64,000 nt of DNA, taken from NCBI GenBank assembly GCA_041640595.1, contig JBEPZY010000003.1:540342-604341 (forward strand), given 5' to 3'. Below the pieces are notes generated by a model. That model was given only the letters and a program-made list of their open reading frames with translations. It had not been told where the DNA came from and searched no databases. Shown here one piece after another: positions 29,885 to 40,723 of this stretch (the first letter of the stretch is position 1; the number at the start of each line of letters is the position of its first letter). Origin of the DNA: Gemmatales bacterium (lineage in GTDB: Bacteria > Planctomycetota > Planctomycetia > Gemmatales > HRBIN36). Position numbers and translations under genes: made by a program.

Positions 29885-30027
29885 GCCTTGCGTGTTCCAA
29901 GTGTTCGAGATAGAACGGGCCATCCGGCGTAACCGTTATCATCCCACGCCTTGCGTCCAGCGAAGTCCCGTGAAAGCCTGGGATAAGACACTTAGAGATG
30001 CGGTTGGCGTGGAAGTGCGGGGATGGT

Positions 30028-31152
30028 TTAGTGGGGCAGGAGGGAGGCGGCGACACAGTTGGAGATGCGGGCCAGGAATCGGCCCTCGGGTTCCTGCGGC
30101 TGGGTGGTGAACAGAACCATGAAGGCGTCGGCGTCGGGATCGAGCCAGCAGAGCGTTCCGGTGGCGCCCCAGTGACCGTAAGTGCGTGGTCCGAGGAGAT
30201 CGCCAAAGTTGGCGCTGGAGGCTGGCCAGTTGAGTCGCCAGCCCAATCCCCAGGGTCGGCAGCGGCGATCTTCTTCGGGAACCAGGGGCATGGCGGCGAG
30301 CTGGTTGGTAGTCATGGCCCGAACGGTGGCCGGGCTCAGTATTCGCACCTTTCCGAACTGACCTGCACCCAGCATCATCAGGCAGAATCGGGCAAAATCT
30401 TCCGGCGAGGTAATCAATCCGCCCCAGGGTGCACCGAAACCGAGCCAGTAGGGGCTATTCCAGTGCCAGTCGGTCTTTTCCTGTTCGGGTGATATGCGGA
30501 TTCGAGCAATGCGGTCGCGTTTTTCGACCTGCCAGCCCAGCGAGGTATCGTTCATGCCGAGCGGGTCGAAGATTTCCTTTTTGAGGAAGTCGCGCAGGGT
30601 CATGCCACTAACCTGGTGAACAATCTCGGCCAGCATGGCGATGCCCATACTCTGATAACTCACCCTGGTGCCCGGGGGAAACAGCAAGGGTGTGCGACAA
30701 ATTTCCTCGATAAAGTCCGATAATGGCCGATGGGCGGCACGGAGTTGTTCATTATTGGGGAGCATGTCGGGCAAACCGGAAGTATGGGTGAGTAGATGGC
30801 GGATTTGCACCGTATCTTTGCCGTGCTGGGCGAAGCGTGGCACATATTCGACCACGCGGTCTTCCAGACGGAGGTAGCCGCGTTCCATTAAAATCAGGAC
30901 AGCCGTTGCCGTAACCGGTTTGGTGATGGAAGCCACCAGAAAGAGAGCGTCCGGCCGCAAGGGTTGTTTCTGATGCGGGTCGTGCCGACCGAAAAACCGT
31001 GGACGCACGATCTTGCCACGACCGCCCACACACAGTGCCGCCGCTGGGATTTTGTCTTCCCTGGTCCAGCGGGCCAGCCACTCGTAGGCTCGCTGTAAGC
31101 GTCCGGGATCAAAGCCGGCTTCCGATGGGTCGTCGGTGATCAGGTCGTTCAT
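30028..31152 (-). CDS. Serine hydrolase, beta-lactamase/class C-like family
   Basis: SxxK 'ASITK', 'IRHLLTHTSGL', 'PPGTRVSYQS', 'GHWGATG'. Confidence 0.88.
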   Translation of the reverse strand: MNDLITDDPSEAGFDPGRLQRAYEWLARWTREDKIPAAALCVGGRGKIVRPRFFGRHDPHQKQPLRPDALFLVASITKPVTATAVLILMERGYLRLEDRVVEYVPRFAQHGKDTVQIRHLLTHTSGLPDMLPNNEQLRAAHRPLSDFIEEICRTPLLFPPGTRVSYQSMGIAMLAEIVHQVSGMTLRDFLKKEIFDPLGMNDTSLGWQVEKRDRIARIRISPEQEKTDWHWNSPYWLGFGAPWGGLITSPEDFARFCLMMLGAGQFGKVRILSPATVRAMTTNQLAAMPLVPEEDRRCRPWGLGWRLNWPASSANFGDLLGPRTYGHWGATGTLCWLDPDADAFMVLFTTQPQEPEGRFLARISNCVAASLLPH

Positions 31153-31471
31153 AAATCGGTCTCCGCGTGTCGGGTCGCTGCTGGTATTAGCGTCAGTATA
31201 TGGGTTGCCAGTCCCTGCATCTGCGGAGCTTGCTGGGATTGGGACCGAACGTGAGCGGCTTTCCTCTGAGGGAAGCAAAATGCTCATGCCGGGCCATTGT
31301 TCTGTCACGGAGGAATTGTTCGGACCGGCGCGAAAACTGGCCGCTTCTCTCGGCAAATCCGTCAAAGCTGGCAGATCGTGAGCTAGGCTTGTTACGGTGT
31401 TGCTGGCGGAAACGAATCGCCTTCGGGCTGTGGGTAAGGCATGGCCCAAATGCAGGGGATAACAGCTGAGG

Positions 31472-34400
31472 ATGGAGAAGACCGTGGCCCCGGAGCAGCA
31501 AACGCCGCATCAATCCGGAGTGTGGCTTCGTGACATTACCAGTCATGTCGCCGAACGGCTGGCCGGACCGCGATCAGCACCGGTGCCGAACGGGCAACAG
31601 ACCGATGAACAGACTGCTACCCCGCTGAAAGCATCCGACCCCGGGACGGCTGGGCAGACCGACTTACCAACGGATGCCGCCACCGCGGTGCCGGCACAAG
31701 AGGCAACCGCAGCAGCTTTGTCGAATGCTGGTCAGGCGACCGTGCATACCTCGAAAGTTGTCGATACCAGGCCGCCGGCCCCGCTTGACAGCGATACTGT
31801 CCGGCCAGCAGACGGGAACATGGACACGCTGCGGGTTCGGCCAGCCGAAGAGTTGCTGGGTGATTACGAACTGCTCGAAGAGATTGGGCGTGGCAGTATG
31901 GGCATCGTTTACCGAGCCCGGCAGGTTTCGCTGGAACGGATAGTGGCGGTGAAAGTGATTCCGGCCGGGCGACTGGCCAGCGCCCAGGAAGTGCAGCGTT
32001 TCTACGCGGAAGCTGAAGCAGCCGCATCGCTTTACCATCCCAATATCGTGGCCATTTACGAGATCGGCTGCGATCGGGGCTTGCATTTTTACGCGATGCG
32101 TTATGTGGAGGGTGGTTGCCTGGCCGAACATCTCAACAGTTACCAGGGGCGCTGGCGAGAAATAGCCGACCTCATGGCGAAGGTAGCGCGTGCCGTCGAG
32201 CATGCCCATCGGCACGGTGTGTTGCACCGCGATCTGAAACCGGCCAACATTCTGCTGGATGCCGAAAGGCAACCTGTCGTGTCGGACTTCGGGCTGTGTC
32301 AACGACAGACGGGAAGCAAAACGGAAGCGAACGCGGATGGCCAATCCGCTCAGCCGGACGAAACGGGCTGCCTGGTGGGCACGCCGTTATACCTGGCTCC
32401 GGAATTGGTACAGGGGCGAGAACCGGCCAGTGTGGCCAGCGATGTTTACAGTCTGGGAGCGATCCTGTATGAGTTACTCACCGGCCAGCCGCCATTTCCC
32501 GGAGACAATGTCGCCGAGGTGTTGACGGCCATTGTTACGACGCAGCCGAAACCACCGTCGTTCTGGCGTCGGGATGTGCCCCGGGATCTGGAAGCGATTT
32601 GCTGCAAGTGCCTGGAAAAAAACCCGGCGAAGCGGTACGCATCAGCGGGAGCGCTGGCGCAGGACCTGGAACGCTTCCTGTCTGGTGAGCCGGTTCTGGC
32701 GCGTCGCATCAAGCGGGCCGAACGGTTCTGGCGATGGTGCGTTCGGAATCCGGTGGCGGCATTGCTGACGCTCGCAGCCGCCGTGACCGGCACGCTGGCC
32801 GTAGTGGGTGTGCTGGTGATATCTATGCTGACGACCTGGCGGGAAAAACAGGCCGCGGAGCGGTTGCAGTCACTCTACCAGCAGACCCTGACCGCCAAAG
32901 AAGAGGCAGATCGGCAGCGGCAACGCACTGCGCAGCTGCTGCGCGATAGCGAGATGCAGCGGCGTCAAAGTCAACAAGAACTGGCCGACCTGGCACTGGA
33001 GCGTGCCGCTGTGGCACTTCGCAAAGGGAATGTCTCGGCAGGTTTGCTCTGGCTGGTTCGCGCTTTGAGTCTGGTGCCTGCGGAGGACGAACCGCGGAAC
33101 CAGCGGATCCGCACGATGCTGGCCGGCTGGTCGGGAGCGGCCCACCGCCTGGTTTTTTACGCTCATCTTCCAGATAACTGGCGAAGCCTGCATTTACATC
33201 CGAGCCAGGAAGAATGTTTCGGCGTCAACGACACCGGTCGGGCCTATCGCTGGCCGTATCGGCAAGAGAAACATCCCATACCGATATGCTGCACGCCTCT
33301 GAACCTGCGGGACCTGTGCTGCGTGGATGGCGGGCGAGGTCTGTTAGCTTGGCACGAACATGGCTGGCAATTGTGGAACGATAGCGGCGACCAGATTCTG
33401 GTGGAATGGAGCAGTCAGATTCCTTTGCGATGCTGGGCGGTGAGCACTTGTGGTCTCACCTGGGTAGCGCAAACGCAAAGCAACGAACTTTGCCTGTGGA
33501 AGGTGATATCCGGTTCAATGCCGAAATTGGTGCGGCAATGGCAAATGCCTGAAGCTGCGGACTTGCTGCAATGCAGCGATGATGGCCGCATCGTCGTTGC
33601 ACGGACACGCCGCGGAACCTGGATTCTGGACTCGGAAACGCCAGCTACGCCGGAAAGAGTGGTTTTGCCTCACAGGCCGCCAGCGCTGGCTATGGCAGGT
33701 GAGGGAAAGCGAATCGTTTGGGTGAGCTACGACAGGGTCATCCGCGCCAGCGACGTACATGCGCCCGAAAAAGTGCAGACCGTAGCTTTTGCAGCAGGGC
33801 CGATCCGGAGTCTGGCGGTCAGCGCAGATGGTCGGGTGGTGGTCGCGGTGAATAACCACGACTGGCGGGTGCAGATTGTGGATATGCAAACGCGGCGGCA
33901 AATTGGCCAGCCGACTTACGGCAATGGAACGGTCGTTTCCGTAGCCCTGACGCCCAACGCTCGCCGACTGGCAGTGCTCAGGAACACAGGTGAACTCCGC
34001 ATCTGGGAATTAGTGCAGCCCGATGAAAAACCTCTGCATGAATTGCCCGAACCTGTGGGACAGGCAGAACTTAGCGAGGATGGTTCCTGGCTGGTAGCGG
34101 CGAACGAGCAGGCGGTGCGATTGTATCGCCGCGATTCCACGCAGTGGGAAGCACACTGGCAGTTGCCGGTGGCCTCTCCGATACAGCGCCTGGGCATCAG
34201 TTCAGACGGGCGACTGGTTATGGTCGCGCATCGCCAGGGCGAAGTGGTGCTAATGCCGACGCGTTCGTCCGCTGAGGTGATTGCCCAGGTCAACCACGGT
34301 AAGTCGCTCAAGAACGCGGTGCTCGACCCTACCGGTCGCTGGCTCGCCACGGCCGGCGAAGATCATCAGGTGGCTATCTGGGACATCCGCTTGCAGCAAC

Positions 34401-35212
34401 TGCTCGGGCCGCGCTGGCAATTGCATGTACCGATAACCGCGCTGGCCTGGAGTCCGGACGGTATGTCCCTGACAGTGGGGCTGGCTACGGGCGAGATCGC
34501 TTACGGGAAAATTAGCGTCCCGTTGGAACCGCCCCAGCGCTGGCCCGCGCATTTGGCTCCGGTACGGGCAATCGCTTTCATCCAGCCGGAAAGGTGGTTG
34601 TTGACAGGCGGAGCAGATGGCAAACTCCTTTTATGGGATTGCGAACGGCGCAAGTCCCTGGCCAGCCCCAATATCAACCTGCAAGCCATTACGAAGATGG
34701 CCGTGAGCAGGGACGGTCGGCTCATTTTCGCTGCCGGCAGCGACTTCAGCGGTCTGCTGCTCAGACGAGCAGCAAGTGAGGATCAGACATCAACAGTCCC
34801 GGCAAACGGAAGTTACCGCTTCCTGCACGAACCGCCTTGCAGCGAAGTGGTAGCCGCTTCGTTCTCACCCCAGGGCGAGTTTCTGGCCGTTGCGTATGCT
34901 GACGGCAGCCTGGAAGTCTGGGACACGCAAACCGGGTATCGCTTGCTGCCCACCCGAGTGGTGCCGTCGCGGATTGTGGCACTGGCTTGGCCGAGCAACA
35001 GCGAACTGGTTGCGGTATGTGCGGACGGAAAAGTGGTGGCCAGGCAAATCCCCACGCCGTTTTCTGCTGATCTCGACACCATCCAGGCCCAGATACGATT
35101 CTTGACCGGTCAGCAACTTGATGCTGGGACAGTTCGCAGCCTCACCCCGGAGCAGTGGCAGGAACTCGCCTGGCAGGTAAGCACTTCCGGTCTCAAGTCG
35201 CCGGCCAGGTAA
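31472..35212 (+). CDS. Ser/Thr protein kinase with TM segment and WD40 repeats
   Basis: IGRGSMGIVY, VAVK, HRDLKPANIL, DFG, GTPLYLAPE, DVYSLG; C-terminal WD repeats. Confidence 0.93.
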   Translation: MEKTVAPEQQTPHQSGVWLRDITSHVAERLAGPRSAPVPNGQQTDEQTATPLKASDPGTAGQTDLPTDAATAVPAQEATAAALSNAGQATVHTSKVVDTRPPAPLDSDTVRPADGNMDTLRVRPAEELLGDYELLEEIGRGSMGIVYRARQVSLERIVAVKVIPAGRLASAQEVQRFYAEAEAAASLYHPNIVAIYEIGCDRGLHFYAMRYVEGGCLAEHLNSYQGRWREIADLMAKVARAVEHAHRHGVLHRDLKPANILLDAERQPVVSDFGLCQRQTGSKTEANADGQSAQPDETGCLVGTPLYLAPELVQGREPASVASDVYSLGAILYELLTGQPPFPGDNVAEVLTAIVTTQPKPPSFWRRDVPRDLEAICCKCLEKNPAKRYASAGALAQDLERFLSGEPVLARRIKRAERFWRWCVRNPVAALLTLAAAVTGTLAVVGVLVISMLTTWREKQAAERLQSLYQQTLTAKEEADRQRQRTAQLLRDSEMQRRQSQQELADLALERAAVALRKGNVSAGLLWLVRALSLVPAEDEPRNQRIRTMLAGWSGAAHRLVFYAHLPDNWRSLHLHPSQEECFGVNDTGRAYRWPYRQEKHPIPICCTPLNLRDLCCVDGGRGLLAWHEHGWQLWNDSGDQILVEWSSQIPLRCWAVSTCGLTWVAQTQSNELCLWKVISGSMPKLVRQWQMPEAADLLQCSDDGRIVVARTRRGTWILDSETPATPERVVLPHRPPALAMAGEGKRIVWVSYDRVIRASDVHAPEKVQTVAFAAGPIRSLAVSADGRVVVAVNNHDWRVQIVDMQTRRQIGQPTYGNGTVVSVALTPNARRLAVLRNTGELRIWELVQPDEKPLHELPEPVGQAELSEDGSWLVAANEQAVRLYRRDSTQWEAHWQLPVASPIQRLGISSDGRLVMVAHRQGEVVLMPTRSSAEVIAQVNHGKSLKNAVLDPTGRWLATAGEDHQVAIWDIRLQQLLGPRWQLHVPITALAWSPDGMSLTVGLATGEIAYGKISVPLEPPQRWPAHLAPVRAIAFIQPERWLLTGGADGKLLLWDCERRKSLASPNINLQAITKMAVSRDGRLIFAAGSDFSGLLLRRAASEDQTSTVPANGSYRFLHEPPCSEVVAASFSPQGEFLAVAYADGSLEVWDTQTGYRLLPTRVVPSRIVALAWPSNSELVAVCADGKVVARQIPTPFSADLDTIQAQIRFLTGQQLDAGTVRSLTPEQWQELAWQVSTSGLKSPAR

Positions 35213-36039
35213 TTGCTCGGTCATGCCCCTGCGTTCGAGCACCCTGGGGAAACCAGCCTGCGCGCCGAGCACTTGGCTAAAGGCGCGGCATCTATCCATG
35301 GGTGACCGTCACGCCTTCCTTTCAGGTCTATCCAGCCAGAGAGCCAGCATGTGTCCGCACTGTGTCGGCGTATCATTTCCCAGCTTCGGTTTCAGCTTGC
35401 CACAACTCAGGGAAGTCGTTACTCTTATCCGCGGGCGGTCTGATCGTCGCTAATTGGTCCCATGACCAGGTGAACCGTTATTCTGAATCGGCTCCGAAAT
35501 CGGTTTTGCCCAGCGCGACCGCTACCGTGCACATAAGTCAGGCATTTTGCATAAAATCAACTTGGGCAGCTAACATCGCAAACTGATGGAAAGCTCCCGC
35601 CCAGGCGTAGGGAACTAAGCACCAGAAGCGATAAATTGGCTGCACGGTGTGGCCGTCGCAGGTAAGGATACCGGAGCTGGTGCCAACGTCGGCCACGAGC
35701 CTTTTGGCGGGAATTAAAAACTAAGATTGCACCAATCGGAACGAAGCATAGGCAAACTTTTCCGAACCAGACAGCGATACCAGGAGCTTCGCCGGCATGA
35801 AGCGACCTGCCCGGCCGACATAAGCAGTGATCGGCTGCGTTTTAACCGCGGTGCCGGGCCAACTTTGGCCGAAAAGCTAGCAGGCGGCCTGATCCCAGCC
35901 GCTGGGCTAAGATTATCGGGAACCGGTAGCAGCGGCCCGTGACCAGCGGACAGAAGGAGAAGACAAACCCGCGCATGGCCCATTACACTTGGCCAATGGA
36001 CACTGATTGCCGGCTAGCCGGAACGTGAGGAAACAGCAC

Positions 36040-37434
36040 GTGAAGAAACTACTGGCACTCCTGATGGTGGTTGCAGCAGGACTGACAGCAGCGGCGTATT
36101 GGTGGAATCACAGCCGACCTGCATCGCAGACCGTACCTCGCACTGAACCGGTCACCCGCGGGCCGATCATCCGCCGACTCGCCAGCGGTCAGGGGCGATT
36201 TGTCCCCACCCGTATCGTTCCGGTCGTTACCGAAGTAGCGGCCGGCAAAATCGTTGCCATCAATCCCAGGGCGGAACCAGGGCAATTTGTCCAGGCCGGT
36301 GAATGGCTGGCCCGGCTCGACACCACCCAGGCCGAACTGACACTCAAACGCACCGAAGCGGAACTGGCGTCGGCTCAATGGGATTTGGAACAGGCCCGAC
36401 TGCGCCTGCAAGAAGTCGAAACCAAAAAGAACCAGGCCGATTCCGCAGTCCGTTACGCCGAGAAATACCTGCAATCCGTTCAGGGCGTCAATCAGGAACT
36501 GGAAACTAAAGCCAAAGGCCAGCTGGAATTGGCTCGCGAACAGCAAAAGGCGGCCGAACTCGGTTTGAAAGCGGCCCAGGCAGCAGTCCTGGCCGCTGAG
36601 AAAAAGGTGGAAGCCTACCGTGTCGGAGTGGCGGCTGCGCAGAAACAGCTGGACATGTGCACCATCAAGGCTCCGGAAGCCGGGGTCATCCTCGAAAAAC
36701 GTATCGTTCCCGGCCAGCTGATCACGCCGCAGGCGGTGCCTGTTTTATTCGTTTTGACGCCGAATCCCGACGATCTGGAACTGGCCGTCCAGGTCAACGA
36801 ATCCGACATCCCCCAGGTGGAAGAGGGGATGGAAGCGGAGTTCAGCGTGGACGCATTCGCCAGCGAAAATCTGGTCTTTCGCAGCAAAGTGAGCCGTATC
36901 AGTCTGACCCCGACCACACCTGGAATGACTGGACTGCGCTTGCCTATCGGCCCGGTGGAAAGCGGAAACCTGTGGAGCATGCTCAGCGGCATGTCTTCCG
37001 GCCCGGTCAATTACACCGTTACCCTCAAAGATTTCCAATCGCCGCCTCCGCAACAGGGAAGGCCGCGCCGATTCAAGCCCGGCATGACCGCCAACGTGGA
37101 TTTCATTCGCCGCGTAGTGCCTGATGCGGTATTGCGTATTCCCAATGAGGCTTTAAGCTTTCGTCCGCCAGACCTCAAGCCTGAAGAAATGGAGCAAATT
37201 CGGGCTCAGGAGACGGCCACGCGAAAACCGGTCTGGGTGTGGATTCCCAATGGGCGCGGAGGACGCAGGGAGCTGCGCTGGGTAACCATTCATCCCCAGG
37301 CCACCGATGGCAGATACACCCAGATCGAAGAGGGAGGCGATCTTCAAGAAGGCACGCTGGTGGTGGTAGAAATTCCTCCACCGCCAACCAGAACCGGCCT
37401 TTTTGAAACACCGGTGCGAATCGGCCCAAACTAA
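36040..37434 (+). CDS. MacA-like periplasmic adaptor (membrane fusion protein)
   Basis: N-terminal TM, biotinyl-like 'GQFVQAGEWLARLD', coiled coil, 'IKAPEAGVI', 'VNESDI', 'KPGMTANV'. Confidence 0.88.
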   Translation: MKKLLALLMVVAAGLTAAAYWWNHSRPASQTVPRTEPVTRGPIIRRLASGQGRFVPTRIVPVVTEVAAGKIVAINPRAEPGQFVQAGEWLARLDTTQAELTLKRTEAELASAQWDLEQARLRLQEVETKKNQADSAVRYAEKYLQSVQGVNQELETKAKGQLELAREQQKAAELGLKAAQAAVLAAEKKVEAYRVGVAAAQKQLDMCTIKAPEAGVILEKRIVPGQLITPQAVPVLFVLTPNPDDLELAVQVNESDIPQVEEGMEAEFSVDAFASENLVFRSKVSRISLTPTTPGMTGLRLPIGPVESGNLWSMLSGMSSGPVNYTVTLKDFQSPPPQQGRPRRFKPGMTANVDFIRRVVPDAVLRIPNEALSFRPPDLKPEEMEQIRAQETATRKPVWVWIPNGRGGRRELRWVTIHPQATDGRYTQIEEGGDLQEGTLVVVEIPPPPTRTGLFETPVRIGPN

Positions 37435-37563
37435 AGGACGGGGCGATAACCAGACTTCTGGAAATGCCGGGCAGCGAACCGCCCAGGGATTATCAGGGCG
37501 GAACACACAGACAGGGATTTTCGGCTGAAGGATAGGCCTTACCAGTAATCGCGAGGGCAATCC

Positions 37564-38352
37564 ATGAGCGACGAACCCGGCCGCCAGCCCCTGATGGTGC
37601 TGGAAGATGTGCACAAGGTTTACGACACCGGTGCGCTGCAGGTCCAGGCGTTGCGCGGAATCAACCTGGAAATTTATCCCGGTGAATTTGTCGCCATCAT
37701 GGGGGCCAGCGGTTCCGGGAAATCCACGTTGATGAACATTATGGGTTGTCTGGACCGGCCGACACGCGGAGTTTACCGATTCGATGGCGAGGATGTGAGC
37801 CAGCTCGACCGCAACCGGCTGGCCTTTTTGCGAAACCGCAAGATCGGGTTTGTGTTCCAGGGTTTCAACCTGCTGAAAAGGCAGACGGCTCTGGAGAATG
37901 TCGAACTGCCCCTGATCTATGCCGGGGTGCCTGCCCGCGAACGCCGACAGCGGGCTTTGGAGATGCTGGCTCTGGTCGGCCTGCAGGATCGTGCCCATCA
38001 CCTGCCGAACCAGCTTTCCGGAGGTCAGCAGCAACGAGTGGCGATCGCCCGCGCCCTGATCAATCATCCTCAGGTCATCCTCGCGGACGAGCCGACCGGC
38101 AACCTCGATAGCCGCACCAGCCAGGAAATTATGGCGGAATTTCAGCGACTCAACCAGGAATTGCAGCAGACTATCGTCCTGGTAACGCACGAACCGGACA
38201 TTGCCGCTCACGCCGGCCGCATCATCCTCATGCGGGATGGCCGCATCGCCAACGACAAGATCAATCCGCGTCCGCGTCAGGCACGTTCCAGTTCGCCCGG
38301 CGAGGCTCTGGCTGAGGATTCGACCTTGCCTCTGGAGGTTCCGAGCGGCTAA
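37564..38352 (+). CDS. ABC transporter ATP-binding protein (MacB/LolD type)
   Basis: [35 protein letters not shown]. Confidence 0.95.
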   Translation: MSDEPGRQPLMVLEDVHKVYDTGALQVQALRGINLEIYPGEFVAIMGASGSGKSTLMNIMGCLDRPTRGVYRFDGEDVSQLDRNRLAFLRNRKIGFVFQGFNLLKRQTALENVELPLIYAGVPARERRQRALEMLALVGLQDRAHHLPNQLSGGQQQRVAIARALINHPQVILADEPTGNLDSRTSQEIMAEFQRLNQELQQTIVLVTHEPDIAAHAGRIILMRDGRIANDKINPRPRQARSSSPGEALAEDSTLPLEVPSG

Positions 38353-38462
38353 TCCAATCCCGCCAAGGGCGGAATGCCGATGTCGCCTGGATGTCGGTGC
38401 CCGCCGCGCTAACGCTGCAGGCCATTTTTCCAATCACCAATATCGGAGCCTTATCGAGCACC

Positions 38463-39683
38463 ATGAGTCTTGCCAGTGCCATTCGCATTGCCCTGGATGC
38501 TCTGCTGGTCAATAAAGGGCGGTCGTTGCTGACCAGTCTGGGGATTGTGATCGGCATCGCCGCTGTCATCGCTATGGTGGCGGCTGGCAGCGGGGCCCGC
38601 GAAAAACTCGACGAACGACTCAGCAGCGTCGGCAAAACCCTGATTCTAATCCGCGCCACCACCCGCAGCTCCGTCGGGTTGATGACGCTGGCCCAGCCGT
38701 TTTCGCCCAGGGATGTTCAGGCGCTGAGGGAGGACGCCAAACTGCGGCAGTGGCTGATCGGCCTATCTGAATCGCAATTTGAATTGGTATCGGCTTCGAC
38801 GGCCACCGCAGTTTGCCACACCACCGCCACGGGCGGCACACCGGAAATCAAGGAGGTTCGCGGTTGGCGCCTCGCTCTGGGACGGTTTTACTCTGACGCG
38901 GATGTCAAAAAGGCGGCGACCGTGTGTGTCCTGGGCGAGACAGTTCGCAGGAAACTCTTTCCGCAGATCAGCAATCCCGTCGGCCAGACCATCCGAGTTC
39001 AAGGGACAACTATGCAGGTGATCGGAGTAATGGCTCCGAAAGGCCGAGCCCCTACCGGAGCCGACCAGGACGACCAGATTTTCGTCCCGATCACTACCCT
39101 GCAGGAAAAAATCGCCCACAACCGCAACGTGACCGTGATCGTAACTGCGGCCCGCGACCCGGCCTATCTGGCACTCGCAGAAGAACGCATCCGGGAAGTC
39201 CTGCGACAAACGCGGCAAATTCGTCCTGGTATGGACGACAACTTCGAGGTGACCAGCGTGCAGGAAATGGCTCAGCTAGCCGTTTTCCTCACCACCACGC
39301 TCAATATCCTGATCGTGGTCATCGCTTCCATTTCCCTGGTCGTTGGTGGAATCGGCATCATGAATATCATGCTGGTTTCGGTCACCGAGCGCACGCGGGA
39401 GATCGGCATCCGCATGGCCGTGGGCGCTCGCCCGAAAGACATCCGCAACCAGTTCTTGATCGAAGCCGTAGTCCTGGCACTGATGGGTGGGCTGGTGGGC
39501 GTGCTGGTGGGTATGGGGTTAGCGTTACTGTTGGGTTTGCTGCTCAACTGGCCGGTCTATATTTCGCCGTTTTACGTGGCGCTGGCCTTCGGCGTGGCCG
39601 CTACCGTGGGCATCTTCTTCGGCTATTACCCTGCCGCCAAAGCCTCGCGCCTCGATCCCATCGAAGCCCTGCGGTATGAATGA
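38463..39683 (+). CDS. ABC transporter permease (MacB/FtsX type)
   Basis: RSLLTSLGIVIG, GGIGIMNIMLVSVTERTREIGIRMAVGA, YYPAAKASRLDPIEALRYE. Confidence 0.95.
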   Translation: MSLASAIRIALDALLVNKGRSLLTSLGIVIGIAAVIAMVAAGSGAREKLDERLSSVGKTLILIRATTRSSVGLMTLAQPFSPRDVQALREDAKLRQWLIGLSESQFELVSASTATAVCHTTATGGTPEIKEVRGWRLALGRFYSDADVKKAATVCVLGETVRRKLFPQISNPVGQTIRVQGTTMQVIGVMAPKGRAPTGADQDDQIFVPITTLQEKIAHNRNVTVIVTAARDPAYLALAEERIREVLRQTRQIRPGMDDNFEVTSVQEMAQLAVFLTTTLNILIVVIASISLVVGGIGIMNIMLVSVTERTREIGIRMAVGARPKDIRNQFLIEAVVLALMGGLVGVLVGMGLALLLGLLLNWPVYISPFYVALAFGVAATVGIFFGYYPAAKASRLDPIEALRYE

Positions 39684-39941
39684 CCCGGCTGCACCAGCTA
39701 CCACCAGCAGGCGACCGTGGTTGGACACCTTGCCTCGCCCGTCTGCGTTCAAATGTGCAATACGCCGGTATACTTCGAGACAGCAAGCCCTACGTGCACG
39801 CCTTCTCGGACCGGCGTTGTCTCCCATAACCTTGCACAGCCTGAACTATCAACGTGAGTTCCTATAGACTTTCCACGTGAGGAGGTGAACCGGGTGTCAG
39901 ACGATCGCGGAGTAGGAACTCGATGCTCTTCGGAGTCTAAC

Positions 39942-40148
39942 ATGCACGACCTGGAACAGTTGATTCACCAGTTACCGGCGGACCTTCACCAGGAGGTTGC
40001 CGATTTCATTGAATTTCTGCTGGAGAAACGGCGGCGAAAAGAGGGTAAACCGTTGCGACAGGACTGGGCCGGCGCTCTGCGCGAATATCGCGACCAGTAC
40101 ACGGCTATGGAGTTACAGAAAAAAGTCCAGGAGTGGCGGGGAGATTAG
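39942..40148 (+). CDS. DUF2281-like antitoxin
   Basis: 'LP..LHQEVADFIEFL...WAGAL'; directly upstream of a PIN gene. Confidence 0.78.
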   Translation: MHDLEQLIHQLPADLHQEVADFIEFLLEKRRRKEGKPLRQDWAGALREYRDQYTAMELQKKVQEWRGD

Positions 40149-40151
40149 GGG

Positions 40152-40559
40152 ATGTTTCTGGTGGATACCAACGTTTGGCTGGAAAGCCTCCTGCAGCATC
40201 AAAACGCTCCGGAGGTAAAAGCGTTTCTGGATCATACGCCGTCTCATCTACTCTCTATAACGGACTTCACCTTCCACTCTTTGGGCACAATTTTGACACG
40301 ACTAAAAAAGGCAGACGTTTTGCTGCGGTTTGTTCAAGACCTGTTTGTGGACGGCGTGGTCTTGCTGGTGCGCCTCGGGCCCGAACATATGTCGCGACTG
40401 ATCGAAGTAAGTAGTCAATTCAACCTGGATTTCGATGATGCCAACCAGTATGTGGCCGCTGAACTTCGTGGATTGGTCATCGTTAGCTTTGACGGCGATT
40501 TTGACCGAACTTTACTGGGACGCAAAACCCCCGCGCAAGTGCTTGGTATGAACGCTTGA
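40152..40559 (+). CDS. PIN-domain (VapC-like) toxin
   Basis: 'FLVDTNVWLE', 'LDFDDA.QY..A', 'VSFDGDFD'. Confidence 0.88.
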   Translation: MFLVDTNVWLESLLQHQNAPEVKAFLDHTPSHLLSITDFTFHSLGTILTRLKKADVLLRFVQDLFVDGVVLLVRLGPEHMSRLIEVSSQFNLDFDDANQYVAAELRGLVIVSFDGDFDRTLLGRKTPAQVLGMNA

Positions 40560-40723
40560 TTATGCTGGCTGATCACACCCGCGCTGGTTTGCAGTTAGTA
40601 AAGGCAAAGCGTTGCTTGACCAGTGAGGCAGTACATCTAGCCCTCAGGATGACCAACGAGTCACAGGGTCAAATTGCGCGATTGCTATATTGAAAGCAGG
40701 CGAGGCCAACCAACAGGTTCGCC

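Noticed and set aside
29460..30110. C-terminal half of ORF 28533..30110 as real protein
   Set aside because: Ig similarity ends near 29460. The rest translates the repeat-spacer cluster and overlaps the opposite-strand serine hydrolase.
30028..31152. Antibiotic-resistance beta-lactamase
   Set aside because: It has generic serine-hydrolase family motifs only; nothing indicates beta-lactam specificity.
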